Below, in pieces: positions 27,176-36,771 of a stretch of DNA of 64,000 nt. Position 1 is the stretch's first letter. The number at the start of each line of letters is the position of its first letter. A program made the position numbers and the translations under genes. Source of the stretch: a virus (taxonomy: Duplodnaviria > Heunggongvirae > Uroviricota > Caudoviricetes); IMG/VR virus record IMGVR_UViG_651703075_000001, positions 1-64,000 of that record; one strand, given 5' to 3'. The notes under the pieces were generated by a model. It was given only the letters and a program-made list of their open reading frames with translations, was not told the origin of the DNA and did not search any database.

Positions 27176-27571
27176 ATGAGCGAAATCAACTTTTATCCCG
27201 TATCTGCTGAGAATATTTACCCCGGCCTGACCCAGGCGGCAAAGATCGTCCTGCTGATGGTTCTGCCTGAGCTTCGAGGAATCATCTGCCCAGACACAGG
27301 TGAACGTCTGCGGGAGGGCTTGGGAATGCATGGTATCCTGGAGTGCGTATGGGAAAGCCGCCACAAGGTTCATGCCATGGACCAGTGGGCCAACTTCATG
27401 CAAGGGTACAAGTCCGAAATGCCGGGCTCCAGCGACATGTATGACCAAATTCAACGAGTGTTGCCTTCCCGGAACATGCTGAAACAAATGATCTTACCGT
27501 ACCTGGAGGCTTGCAAACGTCAAACCCGCGAAGAGCGTATCGCACAGGAGAAGTACCATGAGCAAATTTGA
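27176..27571 (+). CDS. hypothetical protein
   Basis: 131 aa from ATG with RBS caggagga. Confidence 0.45.
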   Translation: MSEINFYPVSAENIYPGLTQAAKIVLLMVLPELRGIICPDTGERLREGLGMHGILECVWESRHKVHAMDQWANFMQGYKSEMPGSSDMYDQIQRVLPSRNMLKQMILPYLEACKRQTREERIAQEKYHEQI

Positions 27572-28094
27572 AACTCTTGACCTGGTGTGCATTCATCCGG
27601 ACCCGGAAGTGTCTGGGAGCAAGGGAACTCTATTCGGAGACTTCCGGGAAAAAGGCGCCATAGGCATCGTGTTCTACGTCCCCCATGGGATAAGCACAAC
27701 GGGCAACGTGAAGGCCCTTGGGAATGAAAAAGGATACGGGGTCGTCTGGCATGTGGAAGGGCGCCTACGCGTTATGTACGGAGTGCCAGAAACTGACCTG
27801 GTACGCTACAAAGGCCTTCGCCAGGAAGATGAGTTCCCGTGGGCTGAACTACCTCTTCCTGGGGAGGTCATCTACTTCCGAGAGGAGGGGTACGTGAACG
27901 GGGTAGGCGGTACTGCAAAGAAAGCCCCGTATGACACCATTTCAACTGGAGCCGTGTATGGCTACTCCTCAGACCTGAAGCTTCTGCTGGTATCGGTACT
28001 CCCGCACGGAGATGAGGAGGAGGTTCCGGTAGAGAACGTGGTGGGCCTGAAGCTGGGGATCACAGACCGTATGATAGAGGAGGGCTACCTCTAA
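27558..28094 (+). CDS. hypothetical protein
   Basis: 178 aa, overlaps upstream gene end. Confidence 0.45.
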   Translation: MSKFETLDLVCIHPDPEVSGSKGTLFGDFREKGAIGIVFYVPHGISTTGNVKALGNEKGYGVVWHVEGRLRVMYGVPETDLVRYKGLRQEDEFPWAELPLPGEVIYFREEGYVNGVGGTAKKAPYDTISTGAVYGYSSDLKLLLVSVLPHGDEEEVPVENVVGLKLGITDRMIEEGYL

Positions 28095-28360
28095 TGGCAA
28101 AGCTGAAGCTAGATGGGAACATCCTCACCGTGATGGAACTGACGGCAGGTCAGGCCGTCAAGAAGGTGAAGCAACGCATTCGGATGGATGTTGACTTTAC
28201 CCAGGTAACTGTGGTACAGTCTGGTCCTGGAGTATTCCAAGTCTCTTACCCTCTGAACAAGGGTGAGCGTGGAAGCTACAAGCACCTCTATGACAAGCAG
28301 GAGAAGGAGCGTAAGGCGAACAACCCGCCTCCCGAGCCACCACCCCTCCTGCTGGCGTAA
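28094..28360 (+). CDS. hypothetical protein
   Basis: 88 aa, TAATG overlap. Confidence 0.45.
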   Translation: MAKLKLDGNILTVMELTAGQAVKKVKQRIRMDVDFTQVTVVQSGPGVFQVSYPLNKGERGSYKHLYDKQEKERKANNPPPEPPPLLLA

Positions 28361-28363
28361 CCC

Positions 28364-28390
28364 TCAGGGCCCTCCGTGGGCCCTTTTTAT
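28364..28390 (+). terminator. rho-independent terminator (GGGCCCTCCGTGGGCCC + TTTTT)
   Basis: GC hairpin plus T tract. Confidence 0.7.
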
Positions 28391-28407
28391 TGCAGAAGGA
28401 GTAGGAA

Positions 28408-30360
28408 GTGCTGATTGGGAAGTTCGCCTGTGTCCTGCCAGGATGTGATAGCAGCGACGCTATGGCGGTCTACGAGGACGAGCCGGGGGTCTTCGGTGGA
28501 CGCTGTTTCAGTTGTGATCGGATGGTTTCGAACAACACCCTGGCAAGGTCTCCCCTGGGGGAAGAGTTGGGAGCAGTGATCATCAAAGGTGATCGACGTG
28601 CCCAGGCCCAGAGGAGGAAAGAGGAGAAAGAAGTGAGAGAGATTCAACGCAAGCCCGTCATCACTGCCGAAGACCGGGAGAAAATCCAAGGCAACGGCGG
28701 GGCTGACACGACCCTGTTCCGGGGCATAGCCCGGCAGACCAACGAGAAGTACGGGTGTATCACACACTACGCAGACAACGAGCCTGTGGTGCGATATTAT
28801 CCGATCCATGACCACGGTGAGCTGGTAGGATACAAGGTTCGTCAGGTTCCCAAGTCCTTCTATGCCATCGGTCGGAACGACAAACACTGCGAGCTTTATG
28901 GTCAACACCTGTTCCCTGCCGGAGGCAAATACCTCCTCATTGTAGGCGGAGAGGAGGATGCTCATGCAGCTTACCAGATGCTCCGAGTTGATCAGCTCCA
29001 GCGCTGGAAGAAGAAGAACCCTTACGCGGACATCGCAGATGCACCGTTGCCGTATCCAGTCGTAAGTCCGACTGTGGGTGAAACCTCGGCAGCCAGCCAG
29101 TTGGCTGCCAACTATGAGTACATCAACTCTTTCGACGAAATCATCCTCATGTTCGACGCGGATGAGAAGGGAGAGCAGGGTGCTCAGGCGGCGCTGGAAG
29201 TGCTGCCCATGGGGAAGGTACGGATTGCCAACCTCCCAGGGAAGGACCCCAACAAGATGTTGGAGGACAAGCAGGCCAAGGCGTTCATCAATGCCTTCTT
29301 CGACGCCCGCAAGGCATCCCCAGCAGGCATTGTGGGGTCGGGGCAGATTCGAGAGGCTATGCTGAACAAGGCAATGGCGCCTAAGCTGCCTCTGCCTTCG
29401 TTCCTGTACGAGCTGTCCAGGAAAACCGCTGGAGGGTTCCCGCTGAACTCCATCGTCAACCTGATCGCCGGTTCTGGCATCGGTAAGACCACCTGGGTCA
29501 ACGAATTGGTGTACCATTGGATTTTCAACAGTCCGTACAAGATGGGCATCGTTACCCTGGAGGCCGACATCGCAGAGTACGGGGGCTACCTGCTGTCCCG
29601 GCACCTGGGCCAGAAGCTGGCCTTGATTGAGGACCCTCAGGAGTACCTGGCAACAATCGAATCTGACAGGGTAGAGCAGGCGAGTAACGAGCTGTTCCTC
29701 AATGCCGACGGGTCTGACCGGTTCCTGCTGGTGGATGATCGGGGGGACCACGATGCGATCAAGCAGAAGATTGAGCAGATGATCATTTCGGGGGGCATCC
29801 AGGTGATCGTCCTTGACCCAATGTCAGACCTGATTGACGGGATGGACACAGGTGAACAGGCGTTGTTCATGAAGTGGCAGAAGCAGATGGTGAAGGCTTA
29901 CGACGTAATCTTCATCAACGTCAACCACACCCGTAAGGGCAAGGACAACAAGACTGCTGCAAGCCGGGGCGCTGAGCTGAGCGAGGAAGACATCATTGGC
30001 TCCTCGACCATCTACAAGTCGGGCAACATCAACATCACCCTGGTGCGCAACAAGCACGCGGAGGACGATTTGGAACGGAACACCACCCTGGTGACCCTTA
30101 CCAAATGCCGCCACACAGGGTACACCGGACCAGCGGGTAGGGTCCTGTACAACATCAAGACACACACTTTGATTTCCCTGACGGACTTCCTCAACCAGCA
30201 GGTGGAGGAGTACAACCAGGAACACGGAGAGTCTGAAGGGTTAGAGCAATACCCTGAAGCAGAGTGTGTCGAGCAAGTTCATTCGCCGGAAGATGTGGCT
30301 CCCGTCTACCCTCAGTTGGACGGCCCACCGCCGACCGGGGACGATGATATTCCGTTCTGA
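28408..30360 (+). CDS. bifunctional DNA primase-helicase (T7 gp4-like)
   Basis: 650 aa; N-terminal Zn ribbon C-x2-C...C-x2-C, TOPRIM-like acidic core, Walker A GSGIGKTTW, DnaB-family helicase region; C-terminus ends DDDIPF. Confidence 0.8.
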   Translation: MLIGKFACVLPGCDSSDAMAVYEDEPGVFGGRCFSCDRMVSNNTLARSPLGEELGAVIIKGDRRAQAQRRKEEKEVREIQRKPVITAEDREKIQGNGGADTTLFRGIARQTNEKYGCITHYADNEPVVRYYPIHDHGELVGYKVRQVPKSFYAIGRNDKHCELYGQHLFPAGGKYLLIVGGEEDAHAAYQMLRVDQLQRWKKKNPYADIADAPLPYPVVSPTVGETSAASQLAANYEYINSFDEIILMFDADEKGEQGAQAALEVLPMGKVRIANLPGKDPNKMLEDKQAKAFINAFFDARKASPAGIVGSGQIREAMLNKAMAPKLPLPSFLYELSRKTAGGFPLNSIVNLIAGSGIGKTTWVNELVYHWIFNSPYKMGIVTLEADIAEYGGYLLSRHLGQKLALIEDPQEYLATIESDRVEQASNELFLNADGSDRFLLVDDRGDHDAIKQKIEQMIISGGIQVIVLDPMSDLIDGMDTGEQALFMKWQKQMVKAYDVIFINVNHTRKGKDNKTAASRGAELSEEDIIGSSTIYKSGNINITLVRNKHAEDDLERNTTLVTLTKCRHTGYTGPAGRVLYNIKTHTLISLTDFLNQQVEEYNQEHGESEGLEQYPEAECVEQVHSPEDVAPVYPQLDGPPPTGDDDIPF

Positions 30361-30380
30361 CGGATGAAAGGAGGAGTAAC

Positions 30381-33038
30381 GTGGAAGAGGTACAGAAACG
30401 CCGGGTAGTATTCGATATCGAGGCTACCGGGCTGATCGGGGAGGGGACGGTGGATTACACCGCCTCACCCTGGCGCCTGAAAGAGGATTTCAAGCTACAC
30501 TGTGCTGTAGCTCGGGACATTGACACCGACGAGGTGTTCAAGTGGGGTCCTGACGAGGTGATGGACTTCGCCAAATGGCTGGGTGAAGAGTGCTCGGTCG
30601 TAATTGGCCACAACATTATCAACTACGACTTGCTGGCTCTGAAGCTGACATGCGGGCTGGAGTACACCATCGGGTGGGGAGAGACCAAGGACACCATCAA
30701 CGGTAACCCCGTCAAGATCGTGGACACCCTGGTAATCTCCAAAGCCCTTAACCCTGACCGTCGCCCTGGCCACGGCATTGGGGCTTGGGGTGACAAGCTG
30801 GGCCTGGCCAAGATCGATTGGCGTGCGAAGGCTGTCGAACTGGGATTGATTACCGAGAACGCCCCTCGTGGTGCAGAGTTCAAGACGTATCACCCGGAGA
30901 TGCTGGAGTACAACGTCCGAGACGTGGATGTCAACCTGCTGGTCTACAAAGCTCTGATGGCAGAGTGGGGTGCATGGAACTGGGCTCCGGCAGTCCAGAC
31001 CGAAAGCTACGTGGCTTGGGTGGTGACCCGTCAAAGTCACAGGGGGTTCTTCTTCGACGAGCGCCTGGCCCAGGCCAACGTCCGGGAGCTGGATCAACTG
31101 ATGGAGGAGTGTCGTGCCATTGTTGAACCGATCCTTCCCCCGAAGAAGCCGACCAAGACGGAAGCTGCCAAGTATTGCTTCCCGAAGACCCAGGAGAAGA
31201 AGATCAAGGGCGGTCTGGGACTCTCCAGCAACATGGAGAAGTTCCTGGAGAAGATGGGCGGTAAGCACCTTCCACGTTCGGGGCCGGATGCTCCCAACTA
31301 CGTGGAAATCAACGGCAGGACGTATGGCCTACCGTTCGATCATACGGTAAGCTTGCTTACCGAGGTGCCTGCCAAGATCAGCGATACAACCCACATCAAG
31401 GGTTGGCTGGTGGACATGGGATGGGACCCGACTTCGTGGAAGGAGCGTGATCTTTCGTCGGATCAGAAGACGAAGGCCCAGCTACCTTTCGAGAAGTTCG
31501 AAAAGGTGGTTACCTCGTACATCGAGCAAACCTATGCAAGCCCGTTCAAGAAGTACCGCCTGGAGCACCTGAAAGAGAAGCTGCGTGCTAAGTGGTCCCT
31601 GGCCTTCATGATGGACAACCCAGATATCGTTCTGGAGTACATCCTGGAGCGAGGCAATGATCGTCAGTTGAAGGTGTGGACCAACCCGGAGTTCACCGTA
31701 GGTCAGGACAAGGACCTCTGTCCCGCCCTGGAACGAATCTCCGAGAAGTTCCCTCACGTTCGGCACGTGACCAACTACCTGACGTATCGCCATCGGCGGA
31801 ACTCGATCCTAGGTGGTGGGTATGACCCGGACGACCTGGACGAAGACGGCATGCCTGTCAAGGGGTACATGGCCTACCAGCGTGAAGATGGTCGGATTGC
31901 AACTCCGGCAGACAGTTGTGGTGCTGGTACCAGCCGGTTCAAACACAAGCAGGTGGCCAACATTCCTCGTGTGACCTCGCTGTACGGGGTACCGATGCGA
32001 AACCTGTTCGGCGTGGACACCAACAAGTGTTGGCAGATTGGCTACGACTTTGACTCCCTGGAAGCGAAGATCGAAGCCCACTACTGCCTGAGCACGGCAA
32101 TGCGTCTCAGCCCTGCTGCGGCACAGAAGCTCAAGATCAAGTTTGGGTCCAACTTCGCCAAGTACCGGGAAGCGTGCATCCAGGCAGCGCAAGAGTATGC
32201 GGTAGCGCTTGTGGCTGAGAAGCCCAACGATATTCACACGGTGACGGCGGCGAAGATTTCCACCATCATCGGAGGAGACTTCAGTCGTACCAATGCCAAG
32301 TCGGTCAAGTATGGCTGCTCCTACGGGGCTCAGGTGGCACGTGTAGCGAAGATCGTCGGCTGCTCTATGCAGGAGGCCCAGGCCATCTTCGACGCCTTCT
32401 GGGAGGCTGCTAGCCCCCTTGCGCTGCTGAAGACGGTTCTCACCGACTTCTGGAAGGAGAAGGGGAACAAGAAGTTCATCGTTGGGATCGATGGCCGCCA
32501 GATTCCTACCCGTTCGGAGCATGCTCTGGTCAACAGCCTGTTCCAATCGGCAGGTGTTATCTGCGCCAAGGTGGCGATGATCATGCACGACCAGAAGCTG
32601 ATGGCTGAAGGTCTGCTGGTAGACTTCTGGAAGGACGACTGGAAGAACAAGTCGTACTGCCAGCAGCTCATTGCTTACCACGATGAGAGCCAGTTGGAAG
32701 TGACCAAGGATTTGGTCAAGTTCAAGATGTTCTCCAAGGAAGCCTTGGGCTGGCAAGAGATGCAGCACGAGGACCCAGAGGAGCAGAAGAAGCTTCAGAA
32801 GAAGGAAGACGCTCGATGCAAGGCCCTGGTCCAGAAGTGGAAGGACGAGATGGAAGAGTCCTCGGGTCAAATCTGGAGCGACATCGGAGAGTCCCCGAAG
32901 GGTGGTTGGTTCGTAGGCTACAGTCGAGCAGGGGAGACGGCTATCGAGGCTGTCAAAGCTGCTGGTGAACACTTCAAGCTGCGAGTAGACCTGTCCGCAG
33001 GGTACATGTTGGGAACTACGTGGGGCACCTGCCACTAA
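30381..33038 (+). CDS. DNA polymerase, family A (T7 gp5-like) with 3'-5' exonuclease domain
   Basis: 885 aa; Exo I VVFDIEATG, Exo II/III motifs, pol motif A DYDSLEAKI, motif B KxxxxxxxYG (KSVKYGCSYG), motif C YHDESQ. Confidence 0.85.
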   Translation: MEEVQKRRVVFDIEATGLIGEGTVDYTASPWRLKEDFKLHCAVARDIDTDEVFKWGPDEVMDFAKWLGEECSVVIGHNIINYDLLALKLTCGLEYTIGWGETKDTINGNPVKIVDTLVISKALNPDRRPGHGIGAWGDKLGLAKIDWRAKAVELGLITENAPRGAEFKTYHPEMLEYNVRDVDVNLLVYKALMAEWGAWNWAPAVQTESYVAWVVTRQSHRGFFFDERLAQANVRELDQLMEECRAIVEPILPPKKPTKTEAAKYCFPKTQEKKIKGGLGLSSNMEKFLEKMGGKHLPRSGPDAPNYVEINGRTYGLPFDHTVSLLTEVPAKISDTTHIKGWLVDMGWDPTSWKERDLSSDQKTKAQLPFEKFEKVVTSYIEQTYASPFKKYRLEHLKEKLRAKWSLAFMMDNPDIVLEYILERGNDRQLKVWTNPEFTVGQDKDLCPALERISEKFPHVRHVTNYLTYRHRRNSILGGGYDPDDLDEDGMPVKGYMAYQREDGRIATPADSCGAGTSRFKHKQVANIPRVTSLYGVPMRNLFGVDTNKCWQIGYDFDSLEAKIEAHYCLSTAMRLSPAAAQKLKIKFGSNFAKYREACIQAAQEYAVALVAEKPNDIHTVTAAKISTIIGGDFSRTNAKSVKYGCSYGAQVARVAKIVGCSMQEAQAIFDAFWEAASPLALLKTVLTDFWKEKGNKKFIVGIDGRQIPTRSEHALVNSLFQSAGVICAKVAMIMHDQKLMAEGLLVDFWKDDWKNKSYCQQLIAYHDESQLEVTKDLVKFKMFSKEALGWQEMQHEDPEEQKKLQKKEDARCKALVQKWKDEMEESSGQIWSDIGESPKGGWFVGYSRAGETAIEAVKAAGEHFKLRVDLSAGYMLGTTWGTCH

Positions 33039-33054
33039 GGTGCCTGGAGGAAAT

Positions 33055-33261
33055 ATGAGCAAGAAAGGTAATACCGAACCGACAGGGATGGCGATCCTGG
33101 ATTACGTGAACATGCGTCACCAGGAATTGGAAGACTTCCTCCTCTACTGGGTAGAGAACCATGCCAAGGGGAAGAACTTTCCTTTGGAGATGCCCAACGA
33201 TGCGGAGTGGTTTGAGCATGAGCTGGCCTACCTGACGGTGGAAGGTATCCGAGAGGCTTGA
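33055..33261 (+). CDS. hypothetical protein
   Basis: 68 aa from ATG with RBS ctggagga. Confidence 0.4.
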   Translation: MSKKGNTEPTGMAILDYVNMRHQELEDFLLYWVENHAKGKNFPLEMPNDAEWFEHELAYLTVEGIREA

Positions 33262-33286
33262 CATTGCCTCTGGATTGTGCTTCAAT
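33258..33286 (+). promoter_or_regulatory. promoter-like element TTGACA-N17-TTCAATAG
   Basis: one of two copies of identical architecture in the 33.26-33.4 kb intergenic region. Confidence 0.4.
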
Positions 33287-33354
33287 AGGCTCCTCGCTGC
33301 AACAATGCGCGGGGAGCTAGCAACCTGAAGTATGTGAGTTTTTGATAAAAGTCC

Positions 33355-33383
33355 TTGACTTTCAATAGCTTATATGCTTCAAT
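33355..33383 (+). promoter_or_regulatory. promoter-like element TTGACT-N17-TTCAATAG
   Basis: second copy; the TTCAATAG octamer occurs three times within 100 nt. Confidence 0.4.
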
Positions 33384-33407
33384 AGCGTTCCAAATGAGGA
33401 GGACATC

Positions 33408-33593
33408 ATGTCTATTCAAGTAGAGGAGACCACCGAATATGTGGTCTGCAACAAGTACAACCTGACCAGCCGGTCCTACGCCTTCAGCCTCCGGGAAGAC
33501 GCCCGGAAGATGAAAGCTCAACTGGGTGGCAAGCAGCTAGGGTGGATCATCGAGCGAATTACTCGCAAGATTGTCACCGAAGAAGTTCGCTAA
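33408..33593 (+). CDS. hypothetical protein
   Basis: 61 aa, strong RBS tgaggagga. Confidence 0.45.
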   Translation: MSIQVEETTEYVVCNKYNLTSRSYAFSLREDARKMKAQLGGKQLGWIIERITRKIVTEEVR

Positions 33594-33660
33594 CAAGCGA
33601 CAAACCCCCCGATTAGGGGCAACTACCGCCCGATAGGGTAATTGATAGGAGAAGTAAAAC

Positions 33661-34554
33661 ATGGCACTGCGTCCCAAAAGCACTGGCAACACCGGCACCC
33701 CGCGTGAGTTCGTCAACCTCCCCGAGCCGACCCCGGGCAACCACGAAGCCCGCGTCTCGCTGATCGTCTACCTGGGCGAGCAAAACCGGGAAGACTTCGT
33801 TGATGATAACGGTGAGAGCAAAGCTCAGAAGCCTGTGGATCAGGTGGCAGTATTCGCCGACCTGGTGGAAGAAGTAGTGGACTACGGTGGTGACATCGGT
33901 GAGCAACAGTACCGCCTGATGCTGAACAAGTCCTTCCGTGGTGAAGTGAGTGGTATCACCCTCCAGGCGACCCCGCCGCGTGACGGCGAAGGCCGTATCG
34001 TAGAAGGTGGCATCTGGACCTACCACCCGAACAGCCCGCTGACCAAGCTGGCGAAAGCAATGCAACCGGGTGCAGCAACCGCGATCCTGGACGGTACCGA
34101 CCTGGATATCGAGCCGCTGCTCAACCAGCCGTTCATGTGCACTGTGAACGTCAAGAAGACCCCGGCGAAGAACGACAAGAAGGACAAAGACGGCAACCCG
34201 CTCGTCTACACCAACGTCAGCTTCGGTGGCGCGACCCAGGTACCGGCCAAGATGATGCGTGCAGGTGTAGCTGAGCTGCGTCAGAAGCCGCTCCTGATCG
34301 ACTTCGACAACGTGACTATCGAGACCGCCCGCCTGCTCCGTCGCGATGTGATCCGCAAGATTCAGCAGGCTAACAACCTGGCTGGCACCCGCATGGAAGC
34401 CGTTCTCCGTGAACTGGCCAAGGAACGCGGCGACAAGGCACCGGAAGCCAAAGAAGCTCCCGCACCGCGCCCCGTAGCAACCCAGCAGAGCGCTCCCCCG
34501 GCTCAGGGTCCTGCTTCGGACGTGGACAGCTTCGACGACGATATTCCGTTCTAA
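33661..34554 (+). CDS. ssDNA-binding protein candidate (gp2.5-like role) with bacterial SSB-type C-terminal tail DDDIPF
   Basis: 297 aa, RBS gataggag; acidic/Pro-rich linker then terminal DVDSFDDDIPF identical to E. coli SSB tip; located in replication module. Confidence 0.5.
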   Translation: MALRPKSTGNTGTPREFVNLPEPTPGNHEARVSLIVYLGEQNREDFVDDNGESKAQKPVDQVAVFADLVEEVVDYGGDIGEQQYRLMLNKSFRGEVSGITLQATPPRDGEGRIVEGGIWTYHPNSPLTKLAKAMQPGAATAILDGTDLDIEPLLNQPFMCTVNVKKTPAKNDKKDKDGNPLVYTNVSFGGATQVPAKMMRAGVAELRQKPLLIDFDNVTIETARLLRRDVIRKIQQANNLAGTRMEAVLRELAKERGDKAPEAKEAPAPRPVATQQSAPPAQGPASDVDSFDDDIPF

Positions 34555-34561
34555 GACGGAA

Positions 34562-34592
34562 CCCTCAGGGCCCTTCGGGGCCCTTTCTTTTA
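34562..34592 (+). terminator. rho-independent terminator (GGGCCCTTCGGGGCCC + TTTCTTTT)
   Basis: UUCG-loop GC hairpin + T tract. Confidence 0.7.
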
Positions 34593-34606
34593 CTCCAAAG
34601 GAGGAG

Positions 34607-34807
34607 ATGAGAATGGAAGATTACGTGGTGATCAAGTGCCGCGTTAACACTGGTTTCGCAGGCGGTGTTCATGAAGATGAAGAGCACATGCCACGAGACG
34701 AGTGGGAAGAGATGTCAGAGAAAGAGAGGGAGCGGTTCCTGGAGGGGTTCGCCCAGGACATGGTAAGCAACTACATTGATGCCCACGCTTGGGTGGAGGA
34801 AGAGTAA
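34607..34807 (+). CDS. hypothetical acidic protein
   Basis: 66 aa, RBS aaaggaggag. Confidence 0.45.
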   Translation: MRMEDYVVIKCRVNTGFAGGVHEDEEHMPRDEWEEMSEKERERFLEGFAQDMVSNYIDAHAWVEEE

Positions 34808-35083
34808 ATGGCACAGAGCAACACCCTGGTCCTGAATGACATGCACAACGTCTACGTCCTGCGACTGCCGAGCGTCTACTTTGGCAAGGACATCCCGGAA
34901 ACCATGAAAGAGGACTTCAAGCACTGGAAAGGGCAGCTCCATGCCATTGCCCAGGGCACCCAGAATTCGCTGATGCTTCCCAGCACCACTGATCCGGAGT
35001 CCCGCCAACCCTTGTTCGACTTCCAAATCCTGCCACGGAAGACTGAACAGGCTGCCCCAAGCACCATCACTATTCAAAACTGA
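34808..35083 (+). CDS. hypothetical protein
   Basis: 91 aa, TAAATG overlap. Confidence 0.45.
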   Translation: MAQSNTLVLNDMHNVYVLRLPSVYFGKDIPETMKEDFKHWKGQLHAIAQGTQNSLMLPSTTDPESRQPLFDFQILPRKTEQAAPSTITIQN

Positions 35084-35094
35084 AGGAGAGAGAA

Positions 35095-35361
35095 ATGGAA
35101 AACTACAACGACGAGCGTGAAGGTCAAATGACCGAGAAGGAACTGTTCGACCGCCTGGTGACTCTGCACCGTGAAAAGCTGACCAACGCAGACGACCGTT
35201 CGCAGCTCAAGAAGGATGCCAAGGAGCACGGCCTGGACAAGGACCGTATCAAGCTGATCGACAAGGCAGCAGCCCACGACGCGAAGCGCGACTTCGAGGA
35301 GAAAGACTATGAATTCTCCCAGCTTCGTCAGGTTTACGAGGAACTTTCGGAGGACGCATAA
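35095..35361 (+). CDS. hypothetical charged helical protein
   Basis: 88 aa, RBS gaaggagag. Confidence 0.45.
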   Translation: MENYNDEREGQMTEKELFDRLVTLHREKLTNADDRSQLKKDAKEHGLDKDRIKLIDKAAAHDAKRDFEEKDYEFSQLRQVYEELSEDA

Positions 35362-36449
35362 TGTCCCAACCGGCAGATACAATTGCCGTAATCGACGGTG
35401 ACGAGTGGGCCTTTAAGGCCTGCTCTGCCGCAGAGGGGCGTGCTATCATAGCGAAGCACATCCCCAGCGGTAGGGAGAAGGAATTCAACCATCGCACGGA
35501 ATTCCGAGACTTCCTGAAGACCCAGCACGGTGGGAAGTTCACTGAGGATCAGTTCGAAATTCGGGATGTCCAGTACCCTGAACCCATCGAGAACGTCCTG
35601 TTCACCCTCAAGCAGATGATTGCCGGGGTGTGTGCTGAGGTGAATGCCACGGGCTACCAGGTTCTGATTTCGGGCCCGGACAACTTCCGACTCGATATCG
35701 ACCTTCCCAAGCGCTACCGTACCCCTCCAAACAAGCGAGCGCCGAACGGCACTGAGAAGGCGGGACGCTACAAAGAGTCCCGAGGGGATTCCCTCCGTCC
35801 GGTACACCTGAGCGACGCCAAGAAGTACCTGATCAAAAAGCACGGGGCACTGACCACTTATCGCTGTGAGGCCGACGATGCTCTGGCAACCCGAGGGTAC
35901 GCCGGGCGTATTGCCGAGCTGAAGGGTGCTGCTCAGTGGATCATCCCCTGCACACAGGACAAGGATGCGATGGGTGTGGAGAGTCGTCTCTACAACCCCA
36001 ACAAGCCTGGCCTGGGCATCATGGATAACAGGGGGTTTGGCCAGCTCGTCGAGATGGGTAAGGATATCAAGGGGCATGGTCGGATGTGGCTGTACTTCCA
36101 GATTCTCCTGGGCGACAGTACGGACAACTACAACCCTCGTGACATTCTGGAGTGGGCCACCTACCAGGCCGGAGGAACTCCTAAACCCTTCGGAGAGAAG
36201 AAGGTCTACTCTATCCTGAAGGACTGCCAGGACGACCGGGATGCCTGGAAGGCAATGTACGATCAATACAAGCTCTGGTATCCGGAGGAAGTGGAGTACG
36301 TGAGCTGGACCGACGAGGTTATGCGAAAGGACGCCATTGACATCATGCAGATGTACGTGGACTGCGCCCACATGCAGCGTTGGGAAAACGACCGAATCAA
36401 TGTCCGGCAGACGCTGGAGAAAATGGGAGTGATAGAATGCAGCAAGTAA
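35361..36449 (+). CDS. 5'-3' exonuclease / flap endonuclease (T7 gp6-like, PIN-FEN fold)
   Basis: 362 aa; N-terminal IAVIDGDEWAFKA resembles FEN motif; CEADDALATRG acidic motif; overlaps upstream stop. Confidence 0.6.
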   Translation: MSQPADTIAVIDGDEWAFKACSAAEGRAIIAKHIPSGREKEFNHRTEFRDFLKTQHGGKFTEDQFEIRDVQYPEPIENVLFTLKQMIAGVCAEVNATGYQVLISGPDNFRLDIDLPKRYRTPPNKRAPNGTEKAGRYKESRGDSLRPVHLSDAKKYLIKKHGALTTYRCEADDALATRGYAGRIAELKGAAQWIIPCTQDKDAMGVESRLYNPNKPGLGIMDNRGFGQLVEMGKDIKGHGRMWLYFQILLGDSTDNYNPRDILEWATYQAGGTPKPFGEKKVYSILKDCQDDRDAWKAMYDQYKLWYPEEVEYVSWTDEVMRKDAIDIMQMYVDCAHMQRWENDRINVRQTLEKMGVIECSK

Positions 36450-36598
36450 GTCTTACAGATTGGCTGGAAGAGTTGGACCTGGTTCTCGAAAGTCGCGGCC
36501 TGCCGTCAGCCCATGCGTACTTCCTGGAAGGCCTGTACGGGGACTACTACGACCAAGGCCTGACTCCCGAGGAGGCAGTCGAAGAGGAGTTCGGCTGA
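36437..36598 (+). CDS. hypothetical small protein
   Basis: 53 aa from ATG with RBS gggagtga; overlaps exonuclease end by 13 nt. Confidence 0.35.
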   Translation: MQQVSLTDWLEELDLVLESRGLPSAHAYFLEGLYGDYYDQGLTPEEAVEEEFG

Positions 36599-36771
36599 TG
36601 GAGACGGTCACCGAGAAAGGCAAGTTGTGGGGGTGGTTCCCCCACCTGTACTTCGTTCGGGCGGGTGTCATCTGTGTGATCCAACTAGGACCCCTGAAGC
36701 TGTCCAAGGTGGGGGCTATCTACGGCATGGGCCTGTTCAACCGGCTGTTGTTCCAGTGGGGTGGGAGATGA
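36598..36771 (+). CDS. hypothetical small hydrophobic protein
   Basis: 57 aa, ATGA overlap, hydrophobic core LYFVRAGVICVIQLGPL. Confidence 0.35.
   Translation: METVTEKGKLWGWFPHLYFVRAGVICVIQLGPLKLSKVGAIYGMGLFNRLLFQWGGR

Noticed and set aside
33594-33660. Hairpin CCCCCCGATTAGGGG after the 33408 gene as a terminator
   Set aside because: Short stem with no T tract, so it is not convincing as an intrinsic terminator.
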